Source: Microthyrium microscopicum
Lineage: Eukaryota
DNA: 64,000 nucleotides
Assembly: GCA_010405405.1 (NCBI GenBank)
Contig: MU004233.1
Location: 1,501,122-1,565,121 of the forward strand
Direction: 5' to 3'
Positions within the stretch are counted from its first letter, which is position 1. Each line of letters opens with the position of its first letter. Positions 1 through 13,142 of this stretch are shown piece after piece. Under the pieces are notes generated by a model that had not been told where the DNA came from, ran no database searches, and saw only the letters and a list, made by a program, of their open reading frames with translations. The translations under genes were made by a program, and so were the position numbers.

Positions 1-2333
1 TTAACTGCTAAATTGTGGTTTCCCATCAGTATCTTCACTAAGTCGAGCTCTGGTAGCTTTGGCCACCTCCAAGATATCATCTCTCGTACTGTTCATTCCG
101 ATCCTTTGATATATCTTCTCATCCAAAGAGCAGAGCAGAACAGAAAGACTCGAAGATTTCCATATTCGATTAGAAGCGCCGGGCGGACTCTTAATCAGGA
201 GCAGAACGAAGAATACATAAGAGAGGACCGTCAGAACAGCCAGATACGATAGCCATGGCCTGGATTTTGTTAGTATAATGCGATCGAAGTTAATATGCCT
301 GAAAGACCATTTGGTCTCCTGGTGCTGAACAGGCCAAACACCCATCGTATTCGGTAGCACCCATCGTACTATATGGTAGCCATCGAGTGTGGTGGATGAT
401 GTGATTGTTTCAGTCCCATTGGATTTTGTCAGGAAATATGACTTGACAAGGAGAATTCTTACCACTGAACACGAAGACATGTAGTATCAAATGATACCGC
501 ACCCTGCTGGTACTCTGCAAGGCCCCCATTCCCAGTCTGACGAATTGTCGCCGTCATAATCTCCGATAGATTTCCCATGAACATATTAAAGGAATGGAGA
601 TTCGCTGTACCATTTTGCCATAGATTCAGAGCAGGTATCAAGCCCACTGGAGCCGCACCCGATGTATCAACTTCCAGTTTGCCTAGAACGCGACCGAGCT
701 CTCCGGCGATTGAGTCAGCGGACTGGCGACCGAATCCCCAGACACAATCCTGCGGGAAGAATCTGGTAGGCCCAGTCTGGTTTTTAAACACTGGCCCAAA
801 GTAGTTTGGAGCGCTATCCACATTTTCGAATGACACTTCTTTTAGGCCTGGGCCCGCCTCGTTTTGTGCGTCGCAGGATTGCCATTTCCCGTCACGAATT
901 GTCTGGTTGCTTGCTAGAATAAATGATTCCGGATCCTGTTGCTGGCCGATGTAGAATAATTGGTTGTATCCCATTGGCTTCGTCGACAGTGTGGTCTCTG
1001 TCAAAACATTCCTTTCCATACTGGCAGATTTCTCGACAACACAAGGGAATAATCGACAAGTAAAAGCCGCGGCTGTCTGATTTGAGGCCCCAGTTGTGGC
1101 ATTGCTCTTGGCTGCTAACAGCGTGAACATGGTATCGTTCCTGCTAGGAAGCAAAGATGTGTAGAACCATCTCTCTCTTCCAACCCATATAAGAGTTTTG
1201 TTTGATTGATCTGTTATAGTCCAATTCACTGGGGACGAACCGGGTACAATAGACAATCTGTCAGATGAGTCTTCACAGGCGTGGCACATCCCAACAGTCT
1301 GAAATCTTGGGAATGTGCAGTTTCCCGAGCTACAGTCAACTGTAAGGAGGCTCGGAATCCTGGGAGGTGGGCTATAGCTAGCAGTATTGATAGCGACCGC
1401 CATGGGAGGATGTATCGAACTTTCGCCAGCTGCAATGTGCCCTCCATTTATAATATACTCAGACGTTCGAGGTAGTCTGGACGCATGTCCGATATAAGTT
1501 TGGGGACAGTCCACGTTCTGGACGACTTGTTGAACGAATGGATCAGCAATGAAGGCGATTATCGTTAACAGCGCCGCAAACTTAGCGAGGTACTTGAAAA
1601 CATTGCTAGAAGGAATGAGCATAGATATGGTAGTTGTGGCTCACTTAACATACTCTTTCCATGACGAACCTGACGGTGCCCATCGTGGATTAAACACGAA
1701 TTGGAATGAACCCCATGCACTCCGACTGGCACTATCATAGTCCTCCATGTCGATAAGCCTTTGCTCATGTGATTTGGCGGCTTGCCATTTCAGCTGGCTG
1801 ATGCCTTTGCACAATTTAGTGGGACATCCTATTTCAATCGCTCAAAAACTCAAGGTACCTTCGGATAATGGCAAAGCCACGCCAGCTTTCAGCATTGCGG
1901 TAAAAACGGCGATCAATGCGTTTATAGAGATGCTGAATGGCCATTGCGGCAGTGGCTTTCCCTCATGCAGCTTAAGAGTTATGATAATCGCAGCGAGTGA
2001 GATTCCAGCTAACAAGCAACTCAAGGCTTCGGGAAACCAAGTGTTGCGCCAAAGACGTTGCATTCTTCTTCTTCTTGAAACATTTCTTTCTCTTTCCTGA
2101 GCCATTTGAACTGTGGGCGCGTTCTTTGCTGTTATTTGAGAAGTTAATAGTGAGGATTTCTCAACTAAACGCATATCCTGTGTATGCTCATGAAGTTCGG
2201 TTTCACGAAATACCGACGCGAAATTATTCCCATCGGTGTACGGAACTTGCCCGCGTTGATGTGATGACTGAAGCTGGTAAGATATCTCGGTAGATGGAAC
2301 TGCATCCCTCTGAGCATCCGGGTGAGTTGACAT
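1..2333 (-). CDS. DUF3176-family fungal membrane protein (multi-exon)
   Basis: Spliced ORFs 1842-2333, 1565-1768 region, 459-1622 and 1-259. Family-typical motifs: W..E.LSC, L..HEGKPLPQWPFSISINALIAVF, EGISQLKW across the first intron, DPFVQQ, CSSGNCTFP, RVQW|PWL, WKSSSL. Intron 260-462 is GTAAG..CTAAC..CAG. Stop TAA at 1-3. Confidence 0.8.
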
Positions 2334-3214
2334 GGCTTTGGTGCCTGGAGGGAGCGAACAAGGAGCAAAACGCGGTCAACATTTTAAACGGAGTGAGATT
2401 TGTGTATAAGTAGGAGATACATCTAGCATCAAAAGATACCTACATGGTAAATGAGATCTAAAGGACTGCGCCCCTATGCGGGACCAGGTGCTCAGTCCAG
2501 TTCGAAACCAAATGTGAACTACTAGTAAGTTAGTTAGCTAGTTCGTGAAACGCCGTAACTACGCTGGCCATTGAAATGAGTTGTGAATGAGAAATGATTG
2601 GCTCACGTATTAGGCCTCCTGTCAGCTCTATTTTTAGCCGTCTGACAAGTTTTGACCTTGATCATCTCCTAATGTAGGCACTTAGATTGTAGATCACCAC
2701 ATCCGTTATTAGCAGGGTCAACAATCGAAAGTTCTACCTACCTGTACATAATTCGATTTTGACCATGCTTGCAAACGATGGACAAAACCAATGACATGCC
2801 CCATCAGCCTGGTTAGCTGCCGTGTGCTACAATCTTGCATCCACTTTCTCTCCAGCGAGTATATAGAAAAAGGCAAAAACTATCCCATCAGAAGTCAATA
2901 AGAGCGCATATTCTTTATCAGGCGCGGTGGTAGCCGTCGTACTCGAGGGTAGCGTACCATTCTCATTATTTCGTCGACACGTTCGCTTGCAGCATAGACA
3001 GTATTTGCACCCAATAGATGTCGTCGATCCCAAGACGAGAACTTTCAACAATAATTCAAGCTCTGATCTCTCAAATCGTTCACACGACAGCAACATACTA
3101 AGAGACTGTCCCAATAATGAACACTCAAACAAAATAATCATATTCGAACTTCCATCCACCAAGTTCTATCTCCATTCTTATGAGTGAGTACATATCCTGA
3201 TATCCTAAGATCAT

Positions 3215-3475
3215 CTAACAACACTGCCCACTAGCAGGACAATCCGATCCATCATCACAATAGCATTTCCCACCAACTAAAGCTGTGCAGGTGCACTTAT
3301 AACACGCCTCTCCGACGGGAGATGGAGGCTGGTTGAGAGTCTATCCATAACATTAGCCGAGAAGACCACAAAAAGTCTGAGTGTGCTGATTGGAACTTAC
3401 TGAAGATGGTGGTGAGGCCGCGACTAGAGCGGCGGAGGTGAGGAGGAGGAATGATAGGAGTGAGAAAGAACGCAT
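3215..3475 (-). CDS. Small secreted cysteine-rich peptide (66 aa, 8 Cys), two exons
   Basis: Exon 1 3475-3401 encodes MRSFSLLSFLLLTSAALVAASPPSS (signal peptide-like). Intron 3400-3341 is GTAAGT..GCTAAT..TAG. Exon 2 3340-3215 encodes TLNQPPSPVGEACYKCTCTALVGGKCYCDDGSDCPASGQCC*. Absent from the ORF track. Confidence 0.8.
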
Positions 3476-4064
3476 TGTTTGGTAGGCTTGAAGGTATGGA
3501 TAGATTGTATCGTGGAGATGTGTGTGCTGGTTTTATGTGAATTCAAACAGAAGTTTGAACAATCTGAGAGTGCGAGACGAAGTGATTCTTATACTACATT
3601 TTGCAAGTCAAATTATACTAGCTGAAGGCTAACGGTTGTGGCATGAGAAAGTTGCTCCATGCCGATTATCGAGTCAAGTCGTGAAGTTGCGAGACGCGAC
3701 GCCGAAGGATTTCATTCCCTGATGACCCGTCGGCGATGCCGTATGCTTTATACCACCCCTCACCATCCAAATTTTTTGATTATCACGACCATGGACATAA
3801 GTACTCGAACTGAATCGCCAAGATGGCCGATAACAGAGGTCAAGATAGGCAGGCGTGAGAATACAAGGATTCCACGAAGGAAGCGGAGAACGCATGTCAA
3901 TGACAAGCTATCTCCATAGAATAGAAGCTAAGCCAATCGAAGATAGTATGTACAGTTTGGATTCATGCTGCTCTCGCAAGTAATATGGTAACATACTAAG
4001 GCATCAATGTACCAATTCAACCAGCTGACGTCTCATACCAGCTCCATAACGTCGCAATGGCATA

Positions 4065-6914
4065 TCATCCTTTAAGCCCAATGCCATCGCCCCACCCAAA
4101 TAACCTAAACCCAAAGCTCACCAACACCGCACCAAATAGCCCAAGACATAGACCAGTAGGTCCAATCCAATCGTGGTAATTAACACTCATTCTCTTGCTT
4201 ATCCGGTCTACGCGCCATAAATAAAGACCCAAGCTATACAGTAGCGCAATGAGAGCAATGACAGTAAACGTTGATGCGGAAATGATATTCAAGGGGAGAT
4301 CTTTGAAGTCGCGCTTAGGTGGTTTGGTGGAGTTATTGGTATGCGAGAAAATCTGTTGGTTGGAAGTGAAGCTGTGAGGAGGACCGCTGGATGGTGGGCC
4401 AGGATTTAGAGTGCTATCAAGAGGGCCTGTGAAGTTCAGGAGTGCAGCTGCGATACTACCGAGGATGATGCTGAATTCAAGCCAAGAGAGGAACGTACGT
4501 TCGGTGGCGAGGGCGACTTTGGGCTCGACACGGACAGGAACGTGGATTTCTGGGGGAGGTTAGTGGTCTGTGTTGACTTGGAAGAGTGAGAAGGATCAAC
4601 ATACTCTTGCCCTTGGGAGCCTTGAACCGTTTGCCTTCGCCAGTGCGCTTGGGAATACCAAGTGCTCCGTTATTGCCATCAACGGGTATTTCAGTAGGTT
4701 GAGGTCGTGGAACTAAATACGAAAGTCCATTGTACACAGCAACGGCGCTGCCGATGGCGGCTTTCTTGGCCTGCAATTTGCGAAAACGCCAGCCACCTGT
4801 ACGCCGGGCTGCTTCATAATCCTCGTCTTCATCATCAGAGTCATACAAGGGATAGTCATCATTGCCAGGCACTGGTTTGGAAGAATTTGGGACAGCAGAG
4901 ATCCGCTCCTCGGCATCCAATTCATTGGGCTCATCATCCAGGAGAGTCGAGTTGCCATTCGTAGTAGGAGTAGCATTATCGGAGAACTCAGCAGCCATTG
5001 CACGATCATGCTGTTCCATTGCTTCACGAGCTTCTCGCAGGCGTCTGAGATTAGCATCGCCCATTCGCTGAGTATCTTCCTCGTTAGCAAATTCTTCATC
5101 GGAGTCGTCGTCAAGTTCATCGGCCGTGGTACTTGTATCTTGGCTTTGAGCAGCTCTTTCAATACCAAACTGATGACTGACAGGTTTTCTGATATCGACA
5201 TCCATTTGAGGCATCCAGTATGGTAAGAGATTAATTCGATGTGGTAACAGGACAGCAGTTCCATGAATGAACTTGCTGAATTTCGGTGTAGCTTCGACCA
5301 AATGCGATGCAGTAAGCTCTCTGATCCACTCTGGCGGTTGTTGTCCGGCTTGCGTTTGCAATTTGACTTCGAGCACAGCATAAGGAAAGCGTTCCACATC
5401 CTCAGCCGGCAATTGGCTGAAAGGCCAATCAACTCCAATGTCCATGCGTCTCCAATTCTTGCCAGTTCGCGTCTTGCCATCCAGGTTATCTTCTCGTGTC
5501 ATGGTCAACTCTGTGTCGAGTGAAATTCGAACGCGAGCATCTCCAGGAAGCTGAAAAGCGGTACGATGGTAAAACGACCTTGTCATTGGAACCAATTTAC
5601 GGTCAATGACGCGGTATTGAATCTCTTTGGCGAGTTGTTCGAGCTCGTCAATCTCTTTGGTGGACTTTTTGCCATCTTTACGCATCTTCTCGAACGCTTG
5701 CTTCGTAGTCATCTTGCCAGACATGAAATCATTCACGTATTTCTCTTTGAGAGAAAAGCGAGCCTTGACGGATTTTTCTCCAGTCCAATCCTCTCTATGC
5801 GTTTTGCGTTCGATGAATATAGTATCCGATGCCATGCCGCCGTACCATCTTAGCCGAATGGCTTCAGCTCCCTCTGTTTTCTTGAGACGTCCAGTGTAAA
5901 GTTCGAAGGTATCCGCGTTGTCGTAATAAATGGAAGAAATAGCCATGTCATCTTCGGAAAATTCTTTGTTGGCGTTGAAAACCAGTACGGGCAGATGCTG
6001 ATTCAAGTTAGCAAGATCAAAGAAAGCCTGACACACTGTGTACCTTGAGAATGATAAGCTTCAATTCGGTGATATTGTCGGCATGAACCCAGTATTTGGT
6101 CGTCTGTCTGACGAAATTTTGTTGTCCACCACCAGCAGCAGAATCACCTTTGACAGGATTTCCTCGGGTTCGGACGAGATCATATTGCTTTGATAGCTTG
6201 ACAATGAACGCGTCGTAATTGTCTTTGAAAAAAGGCTTGGCCTTGAGCCGGGCAGCGAAGACGGGTTTAAGTTGCCATTTCGTTTGTTTCTAGGACAGTC
6301 AGCATGCCAATTGACCCCGAGGATGCTCATCATCATACATCGTGCTTCTTGATAATCTTTGTGAAGCCAGTATAGTTCAATTGGGTGAACTTGGCCAGAT
6401 CGTGAACATCAGCAATAATGTCGCTCAGATCTTCCTCAAGCAGCTCAAAGTCTTCCTCTGTAGGCGCATCCGCATCTCTACTATCTGCTCTGGAGATGAC
6501 TGAATTGACCTCGACTTCGGCAGCCTTAATGCGTTGAACGATTTCCTGGCTTTTGACTTTTTGGAAGGTAAAGACCTTGTCGAGCTCGCCCTCAAGGTCG
6601 GAGACGAACTGAGTTTCGTCATCATCAGACCAGCCTGACTTGGAAGTGTGGAGGAGATCTTTTAGGCGGTCATAGTCGATGTAATGCCATTCCCAGTCCT
6701 TGATCAAGGAGGTATGAAGCTGGTGTCCGAACCTAGAAGAAGAAAAGAGCTGTTAGTTGTCTGATTGTTTGTGAATAGCTCTATCAGTTTGAAGCGGGAG
6801 GATCTGAACTGGACTCTGGAGCTAGGATAGCTAGCTGCATCAAATTGAATGCATCTGGCCGATCGCCGTCGTCTCCTCCGACAATTGAAGAGCTTGGGTA
6901 TAAACTCACCTCAT
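4065..6914 (-). CDS. VTC4: Vacuolar transporter chaperone 4, polyphosphate polymerase (SPX + VTC + DUF202 TM)
   Basis: Micro-exon ATGAG|gtgagt at 6914 gives [18 protein letters not shown] (SPX). Also [82 protein letters not shown] and [10 protein letters not shown] followed by three TM helices. Confidence 0.96.
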
Positions 6915-7387
6915 GTTTGACGACAAAGAGTCTTCTCTCTGGAAGCTCTGTAAAATGTATGGAGGGGTGGGGACACAAGAGAGAGAAAACGGTTCCAGCA
7001 AGAGTCAAGACATTGAAAGGTGGAGGAGCAATGAAGGCATTGGCAGATTGACGCGATTTCATTGGCGCTTGCTGCCGCAGAGGCTGGAGCTCCCACGCTG
7101 CAAGGCGGGAGCAACCAGCCAATCGTAGCTTCTCTTCTTGGCACGTTCTCTGATCTGAACAGGGAAGGTGAGCACACGACTTGTTGCCTTTTTCATCTTC
7201 TATCGCGATCGTTTCTCTAAACAGCTTCATCATACAACATAGAAAAATTGTCTTGAAATGTCTAATCAGTATTTTAGCAACTATGGTACATTTACACATC
7301 CTTTTCCCAACATAGTAAACTCCACACTCGACTCCATGCCGGACTCCCAACCGCAAATGGGCTACTGATTATAACAAGAGAGAAGAT

Positions 7388-8983
7388 CTATGCCTGCTTC
7401 CGCTTGCCAATTCTCACATCAAGGTTTCCAATCACCCAAGTCAATGCGAACACCGAGAATACTGCTGCTGTAATCACGATTGGCTTCCGGTACGCCGCCG
7501 TCCATGGATAGTCGTATGTGATAACGACGTGAGGGCGCTCTCTCCATTCCTCGATAGCATTACGCGCAGTTAGGACCAATGTAGGCCGACCAGTGGTGTC
7601 CATGAATGTACGGTGGGTTTGAATAAATGATGAGGTTAGAGGAACGCCAGCTTCGAATTTGATGTTCCTGTTTTATGGTTAGAGAGGTTGTCTAGACAGG
7701 ATGAGGCTGATCACTTACTCTGAACCTTCTGGTAGGACGACTCGAACGGTAACTTGTTCGTAGGCGATACCAGCATCCGTTCTGGGACCCTCCATGAAAG
7801 GAACCTTGAGAACATGCTTCTCACCTCCAGCCTTTCTCAAAAAGCCCTTCAAGCTGTGGTCCCAACCGACCTTGAAGCTGTAGTTCCATCCACCATAGAT
7901 TGGATATCTGGGACGAATGTTGAGCAGAGATTCACGTCGACCTGGTCTGAAGTTGCTGGTAGACACGTTTCCAATATCGTCCGTGTAGTATGGGTTCTCG
8001 GCGCCTCCTAGCAAGGGAAGTGTCAAAGACCCTGCCGACACAGAAGCGGGATTCGCATATTTGGACATTTGCCATTGAACCCGCGAGAAGTGGTTCTTTA
8101 ATTTGGCACCACGGTTGGTGAGCCAGTATCGCTCTTCCACGGCCAAGTTGCCTCCCCAGTGTGATACTTCAATGTCACGCTCAAACTTGGTTGCGACCAA
8201 AAGTGGCTTGGTGAACTCGTAGCGAACGCTGACTGGCTTGGTCGAGAACGGCTCGACTGCGTTATATGGGCCGTATGTGAGGGACGAGCCCTGGTGGACC
8301 GGATCTTTCTTGCCCTCGGCATTCTTTTCCTCTAGCTTAGTGAACTCAGCAGGAGATGATGTTGGAAGCTTAAGCTTGGTCTTTTGTTTCTGTGACTTGT
8401 AGGCTGAGGGCAGATGAGCGGAGAAAGGGTATACGATGGTTTGCGCGGCAACCTGTTCGATCAAGGCGGGAAGAGGATGAACGGCGGATAGGAGGGCGTA
8501 AGATACACCAATGGTGATCTTCTCGGAGGGTTTTAGGGGTTCGTTAAGATGGAGAATGAAGTATGAATTTGCACTTGTACAGAGTTAGTTTCCCCTGTCC
8601 TCGAGAACAACTGTCTCTGCCTACCTGGGTGTTTCATATTGTGCCAGTTCTACTTTGAAAGGGTGTTTTGCGGTATCTGCGCTGACTTTGCTCCTGGCTT
8701 CGAAAGTGCCAACATTGTGAATTTCAGCCGTTGGAAATAGAAAGTAGTATTCTGATTGTGCCTCTTTCCCAATGTTTCTAATGACAATATTGGTGGTTTC
8801 ACGAGGATAACTCTTCTCTAAGTTTATATTTCGGACAAGTTCCGTGTTTTCGAAAACAGGAGCTGGCGTAAAGGAGTTGGAAAGGAGCTTCACGCTGGAG
8901 TTGGAAGCAGCCAATGCAGGCGTTGCGAGGGACAGCGAGAGAAGGGCGACGGCGCAATGCCGTAGCGAAGATGAGTATTTCAT
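7388..8983 (-). CDS. OST1: Oligosaccharyltransferase alpha subunit (ribophorin I)
   Basis: Signal peptide, ERDIEVSHWGGNLAVEERY, YYTDDIGNVSTS, RPRYPIYGGWNYSF, MDTTGRPTL, C-terminal TM. Three exons. Confidence 0.95.
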
Positions 8984-9308
8984 GGCGATGAGGACGGGAT
9001 GGTAATAGTCCTACACCTCTTCGTTTGACAGAAGACAAGTTTCGCAACAACTTTCTGATGCCGCGAGGCCAGGTGGAACGTAGCTTGAGGAAGTCTTGGC
9101 AGATGAGATGAGATAAGATCCTGCACCAAATTATCCAAGCTCAACCTGGGAAACTTCAAATCAATGATGGATTGATCCACCTCAAGCTAAACACCTCCGG
9201 ACGTTCAGGAATTTGTTGTTGAACGCTTCTTCTCATCTAAATTCATTCATTCAGCGTTGGTGTTGGACTGAACTGTTTCTTTCTTCCTCTACTTTCCAAT
9301 CTTACACG

Positions 9309-10306
9309 ATGAGCGAGTTCCGTAATCGATTCGAGGAGCTGCAACGAACTCTGCAAAATGCTCAACGAAATGGTCGCAACTTTGGCGGCGGACCTGGTGG
9401 TTCAGGAAGAGCAATTGGAGGAGGGCTTTTGTTAGTCCTAGGAGGAGTAGTACTCTACGCTGGAAACAATGCGCTTTTCAACGGTATGCTTGTACCAACC
9501 GGCACTCATACATCCCCAGTCTGGAGCTAACTTTCGCCCTCACAGTGGACGGTGGTCATCGCGCCATCAAATACACACGTCTAGGAGGTGTATCCAAACA
9601 GATCTACGCCGAAGGAACCCATCTACAAATCCCCTGGTTCGAAACACCCATCATCTACGACGTCCGCGCCAAACCGCGAAATGTTTCCTCCCTTACCGGC
9701 ACAAAAGACTTGCAAATGGTCAACATCACCTGCCGTGTTCTCTCACGCCCCAGCGTTGAGGCCTTGCCACAAATATACCGAACACTCGGACAGGACTACG
9801 ACGAGCGGGTGCTCCCCAGTATCGTCAACGAGGTCCTCAAGAGCGTAGTTGCCCAGTTCAACGCCAGTCAGCTCATTACACAGCGTGAGAATGTCTCAAG
9901 ACTGGTACGAGAAAACCTAGTGAGACGCGCTTCACGATTCAATATCTTGTTGGATGATGTGTCATTGACACAAATGTCCTTCTCCCCGGAGTTCACTGCA
10001 GCAGTTGAAGCGAAGCAAGTTGCACAGCAAGACGCCCAGAGAGCCGCCTTCGTTGTTGACAAGGCCCGCCAAGAGAAGCAAGCTATGGTTGTTCGCGCCC
10101 AGGGTGAAGCACGATCAGCAGAACTTATTGGTGACGCTATCAAGAAGAGTCGGTCGTACGTCAGTCTCAAGGAATTTGAGAATGCTCGTGATATCGCAGC
10201 CATCCTCGAAAAGAGCCGAAACAAGGTGTACTTGGACTCGCAAGGCTTGGGTCTCAATGTTCTTGAGACGACAAGCGAGAAGGCGGCTAAAAACTACAGC
10301 AATTAA
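9309..10306 (+). CDS. PHB2: Prohibitin-2 (SPFH domain)
   Basis: ALFN|VDGGHRAIKYTRLGGV, IPWFETPIIYDVRAKPRNVSSLTGTKDLQMVNITCRVL, AVEAKQVAQQDAQRA. Intron ~9485-9545. Confidence 0.96.
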
Positions 10307-10479
10307 GCATCTGTTTACTGAGAAGTTGTACATGGGAATGACCTTGCTGATTAATTCCTCTCCTGTATTACATATGTATGAAGAACAGTTTGAAATAATA
10401 AATCTCGAACGGCATCATCTTGCTCTATAGTAACTATATCCTCTCAGGGAAAAATCAGTATGGAGTTGACCTCTCCAAT

Positions 10480-12456
10480 CTATTTCCTTCCTGCCCCCCA
10501 ATGCCGGCTCTGGCTAGAAACAATTTTACCTTGAGTCGCAGACGTTCCCATTGCTGGGTCAAAGCTGCCCTGTTGCTGAGACTGTTCATACACCTCTGGA
10601 CGCTGACCGTCCATTGAACGCCTGAAAAGACCTGTTCTAGAGCGAGACCTCTCACGGCCTGACCGCTTGGAGCGACCCTGTCGCGCTCTGTCGGATTCCT
10701 CCTGTGGTAGTTGTGCAGGAGAGCTACGACCTCGCGGCTGGAGATCCGCAACCTGTCGCTGATGAGCGAGATGCGTAACAGAGAGTGACTGATCTGATAT
10801 ACTGACCATATTCAACTGAGGGGATACCAAACTTTGTTGTTGAATCTGAGGCTGTTGAGGAGCTAAGTATATCATAACCGTCCCTTTGACGATCAACTGT
10901 GCAGCTTTCAAGTAGTCATCGCCAGCCGACGTCCCACGTTTATAGAGCCACGGCCGAATGACGAACGCAACGATAGCAGTCGCTGGATGTTGCGCTCCAT
11001 CTACAGATTCCATCGTCGTAGGGTTGAAGTATAGTTTAGTGTGTCTCATGGAATCCGCAATTAGACAATACTGTGCTCGCTGCTTCTTCATTTCCGCATC
11101 AAAGTTTATTGCGTGGGCGAAGATTTCTCGAAGGTCGGGCTCCATTGTTGACCATTGGTCACTTTCGCTGTATCGCCCGAGCCACTTGACTTGTGTCATT
11201 ACTTGAGTTATGTACGCGGACTGTTCGTGCTGGCTTATTGTTCTTTCTTGGACAAGGCCGGTGGTTACTGCGCGCCACGAGTGAAAGTATCCAAGATCTG
11301 CTTCTGTTTTATCCTTGTATTGAGCTAGACATACGAGTCAGAATTGAATTGTCGAGTAGCACGTATATGAACCTACTTGGATCTAGACTTCTTTGCAGCT
11401 CTATAACTGGTTTCTGTAGGCGACCAGCCCAGACGTTTCCTTTATCACTGAAGACTGTGTTTAACAGAACTGACCACATGTATGCTTCTACAACAAATGG
11501 GCGACGAGATGGATTTCGGAAAGCAAATTTGGCAAAATCCTCGCTGAAAGTCAAACGGTAGATATTTTCTTTGCTGTTCGCGGTACTTGATCGTAAAGAA
11601 GATGGAAGAGCATGAGACCGCGCTTCTCCATTGAAGAACTGGCCAGCCCAATTCTTTACTCGATAATTCAATTGACCAAGGCCATTCTTGAAGAAATCGT
11701 CGTCTCTATTGAAACTTTTTTCGTTCTTCATTGAGTTCAGCTCCATTGCCGCATTTTTGTTCTGCTCTTGGAGTTCTTGATTCTCTTGTCTTAGATCCTC
11801 TATCTGATAAGTCAATGCTTCTATATCTCGGTACATTTCTTCCTTGGACCAGTTGCGAAAATCCTCAGGTAATGGTATGTGCGGCGGTCTCATTGTACAT
11901 TCTGCAAAAGATGCTTCGTGGTGGCTAATTTGCAGACTGGAGGAAGTTTGGCTGCTGCTTGTATTGAATGTAGCGGCGCGCTGAATTGGTGGTCTTGAAG
12001 TTTGAGCATAACCGTCGGAAGTGTTCTTAGCTGGAGGAGGAGGAGGGGCTTGATTGGCATCGTAAGAGTTTAATATTGCGTTATAATCGTTCTCATCATG
12101 GATGTGATCTGCTTCTCGGTTCGTTAAAATAGCACTTCGTGGTCTGCTGCTAACGGCTTTCCGACCACTGTATCTCGTTGGAGTCGGGCTCATATGAGTC
12201 GTGCCACTTCTTTGCTTCGGTCTAGCTTCCATGGCATCCAGCTCTTCTGATTCATCGGTGAACAGAAATGATTCCTTCCTCGTTCCCTGGTCACTCTCGT
12301 TGAGCGCTTGGTCACTGGGTGCCAATGATATATCTCCAACAATCTCTGCCGTAGTTTTGACCCTACTTGGGCTTTTCTGTAACTTGCCCGCTATTAACTG
12401 ACTTGGTATTGAGGATGATATACTTGACAATGACATTTTTCAATTAAGGTTGCCAT
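10480..12456 (-). CDS. Uncharacterised coiled-coil protein with a GrpE/Mieap-like C-terminal domain
   Basis: ORFs 11309-12436 and 10480-11199 are joined by intron 11376-11325 (GTAGGT..CTGAC..TAG), giving ..LDP|TQYKDK..FHSWRAVT..MTQVKW. Disordered N-terminus, heptad coiled coil (IEALTYQIEDLRQENQELQEQNKN), then FNPTTMESV..IVAFVIRPWLYKRG..LIVKGTVMI. Start is either 12456 (with a short intron) or 12436. Confidence 0.75.
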
Positions 12457-12665
12457 GTAGCAGGTACTGTTTGTTGATGAGAGCAAGTTAGACCACCAAA
12501 TGACTGCAAAGCCTACTTCTAGTGTATAGAGTTGACCTTGTCCTTGAAATAATTTCTTTTCAATGACAGAGGCCTCAGATTGCATTTCAGCTTGGCTCTC
12601 AGGTATCTGGGCACAGCTGTCACATCCCAAAGGGGCGAAATGCATCATTAGCGCATCTTCACAGC

Positions 12666-12680
12666 CTCAGCCTGATGAAC
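12666..12680 (+). promoter_or_regulatory. Shared cis-element CTCAGCCTGATGAAC (copy 1, upstream of the GrpE-like gene)
   Basis: Exact 15-bp reverse complement at 14314-14328 and a 13/15 copy at 14703-14717. Core palindrome TCAG-C-CTGA. Confidence 0.6.
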
Positions 12681-13142
12681 TTTTTGATTTCTCTCAGCCT
12701 AACGATAAGACGATGTCTTCCGGCTGAGGTTCTAGACCCTGGAACATAATCACTAAACCTGGCGGGATTGGCTGCTAGATTGACCTGCGAAAAATGCATG
12801 GCGTAGCAATATTCTTGTGGCAGTGCCTTGGTACAAGGAGGGAAAAAGAGGAAACTGACATGATTTCCTGTCAGATGGCATAAGGGCCTTCAGACGAGGA
12901 TAATCTATGCTTTCATGGAAAGCATAGCATCTGTCGATTAGTAGCGTTAATGGCAGCCATCGCAGTTGTTGAGAGTACGCCATTTGTTTTGCCATTCAGT
13001 TGTCTGTTCAAATACCAGCGACTAAAGGCTCATCTGGCTCGACTTGAGCTGCAGGTAGGATTAGCATGCTAAATCTGGAGAAGAAAAGAACCGAATCTGA
13101 GCTCAAAGGGTTTAAATAACGCTCAAGACAGGAACGATTGCT

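Noticed and set aside
2827..3187. Overlapping 111-aa and 86-aa ORFs
   Set aside because: No recognisable features. They lie downstream of the Cys-rich peptide gene and upstream of the DUF3176 gene.
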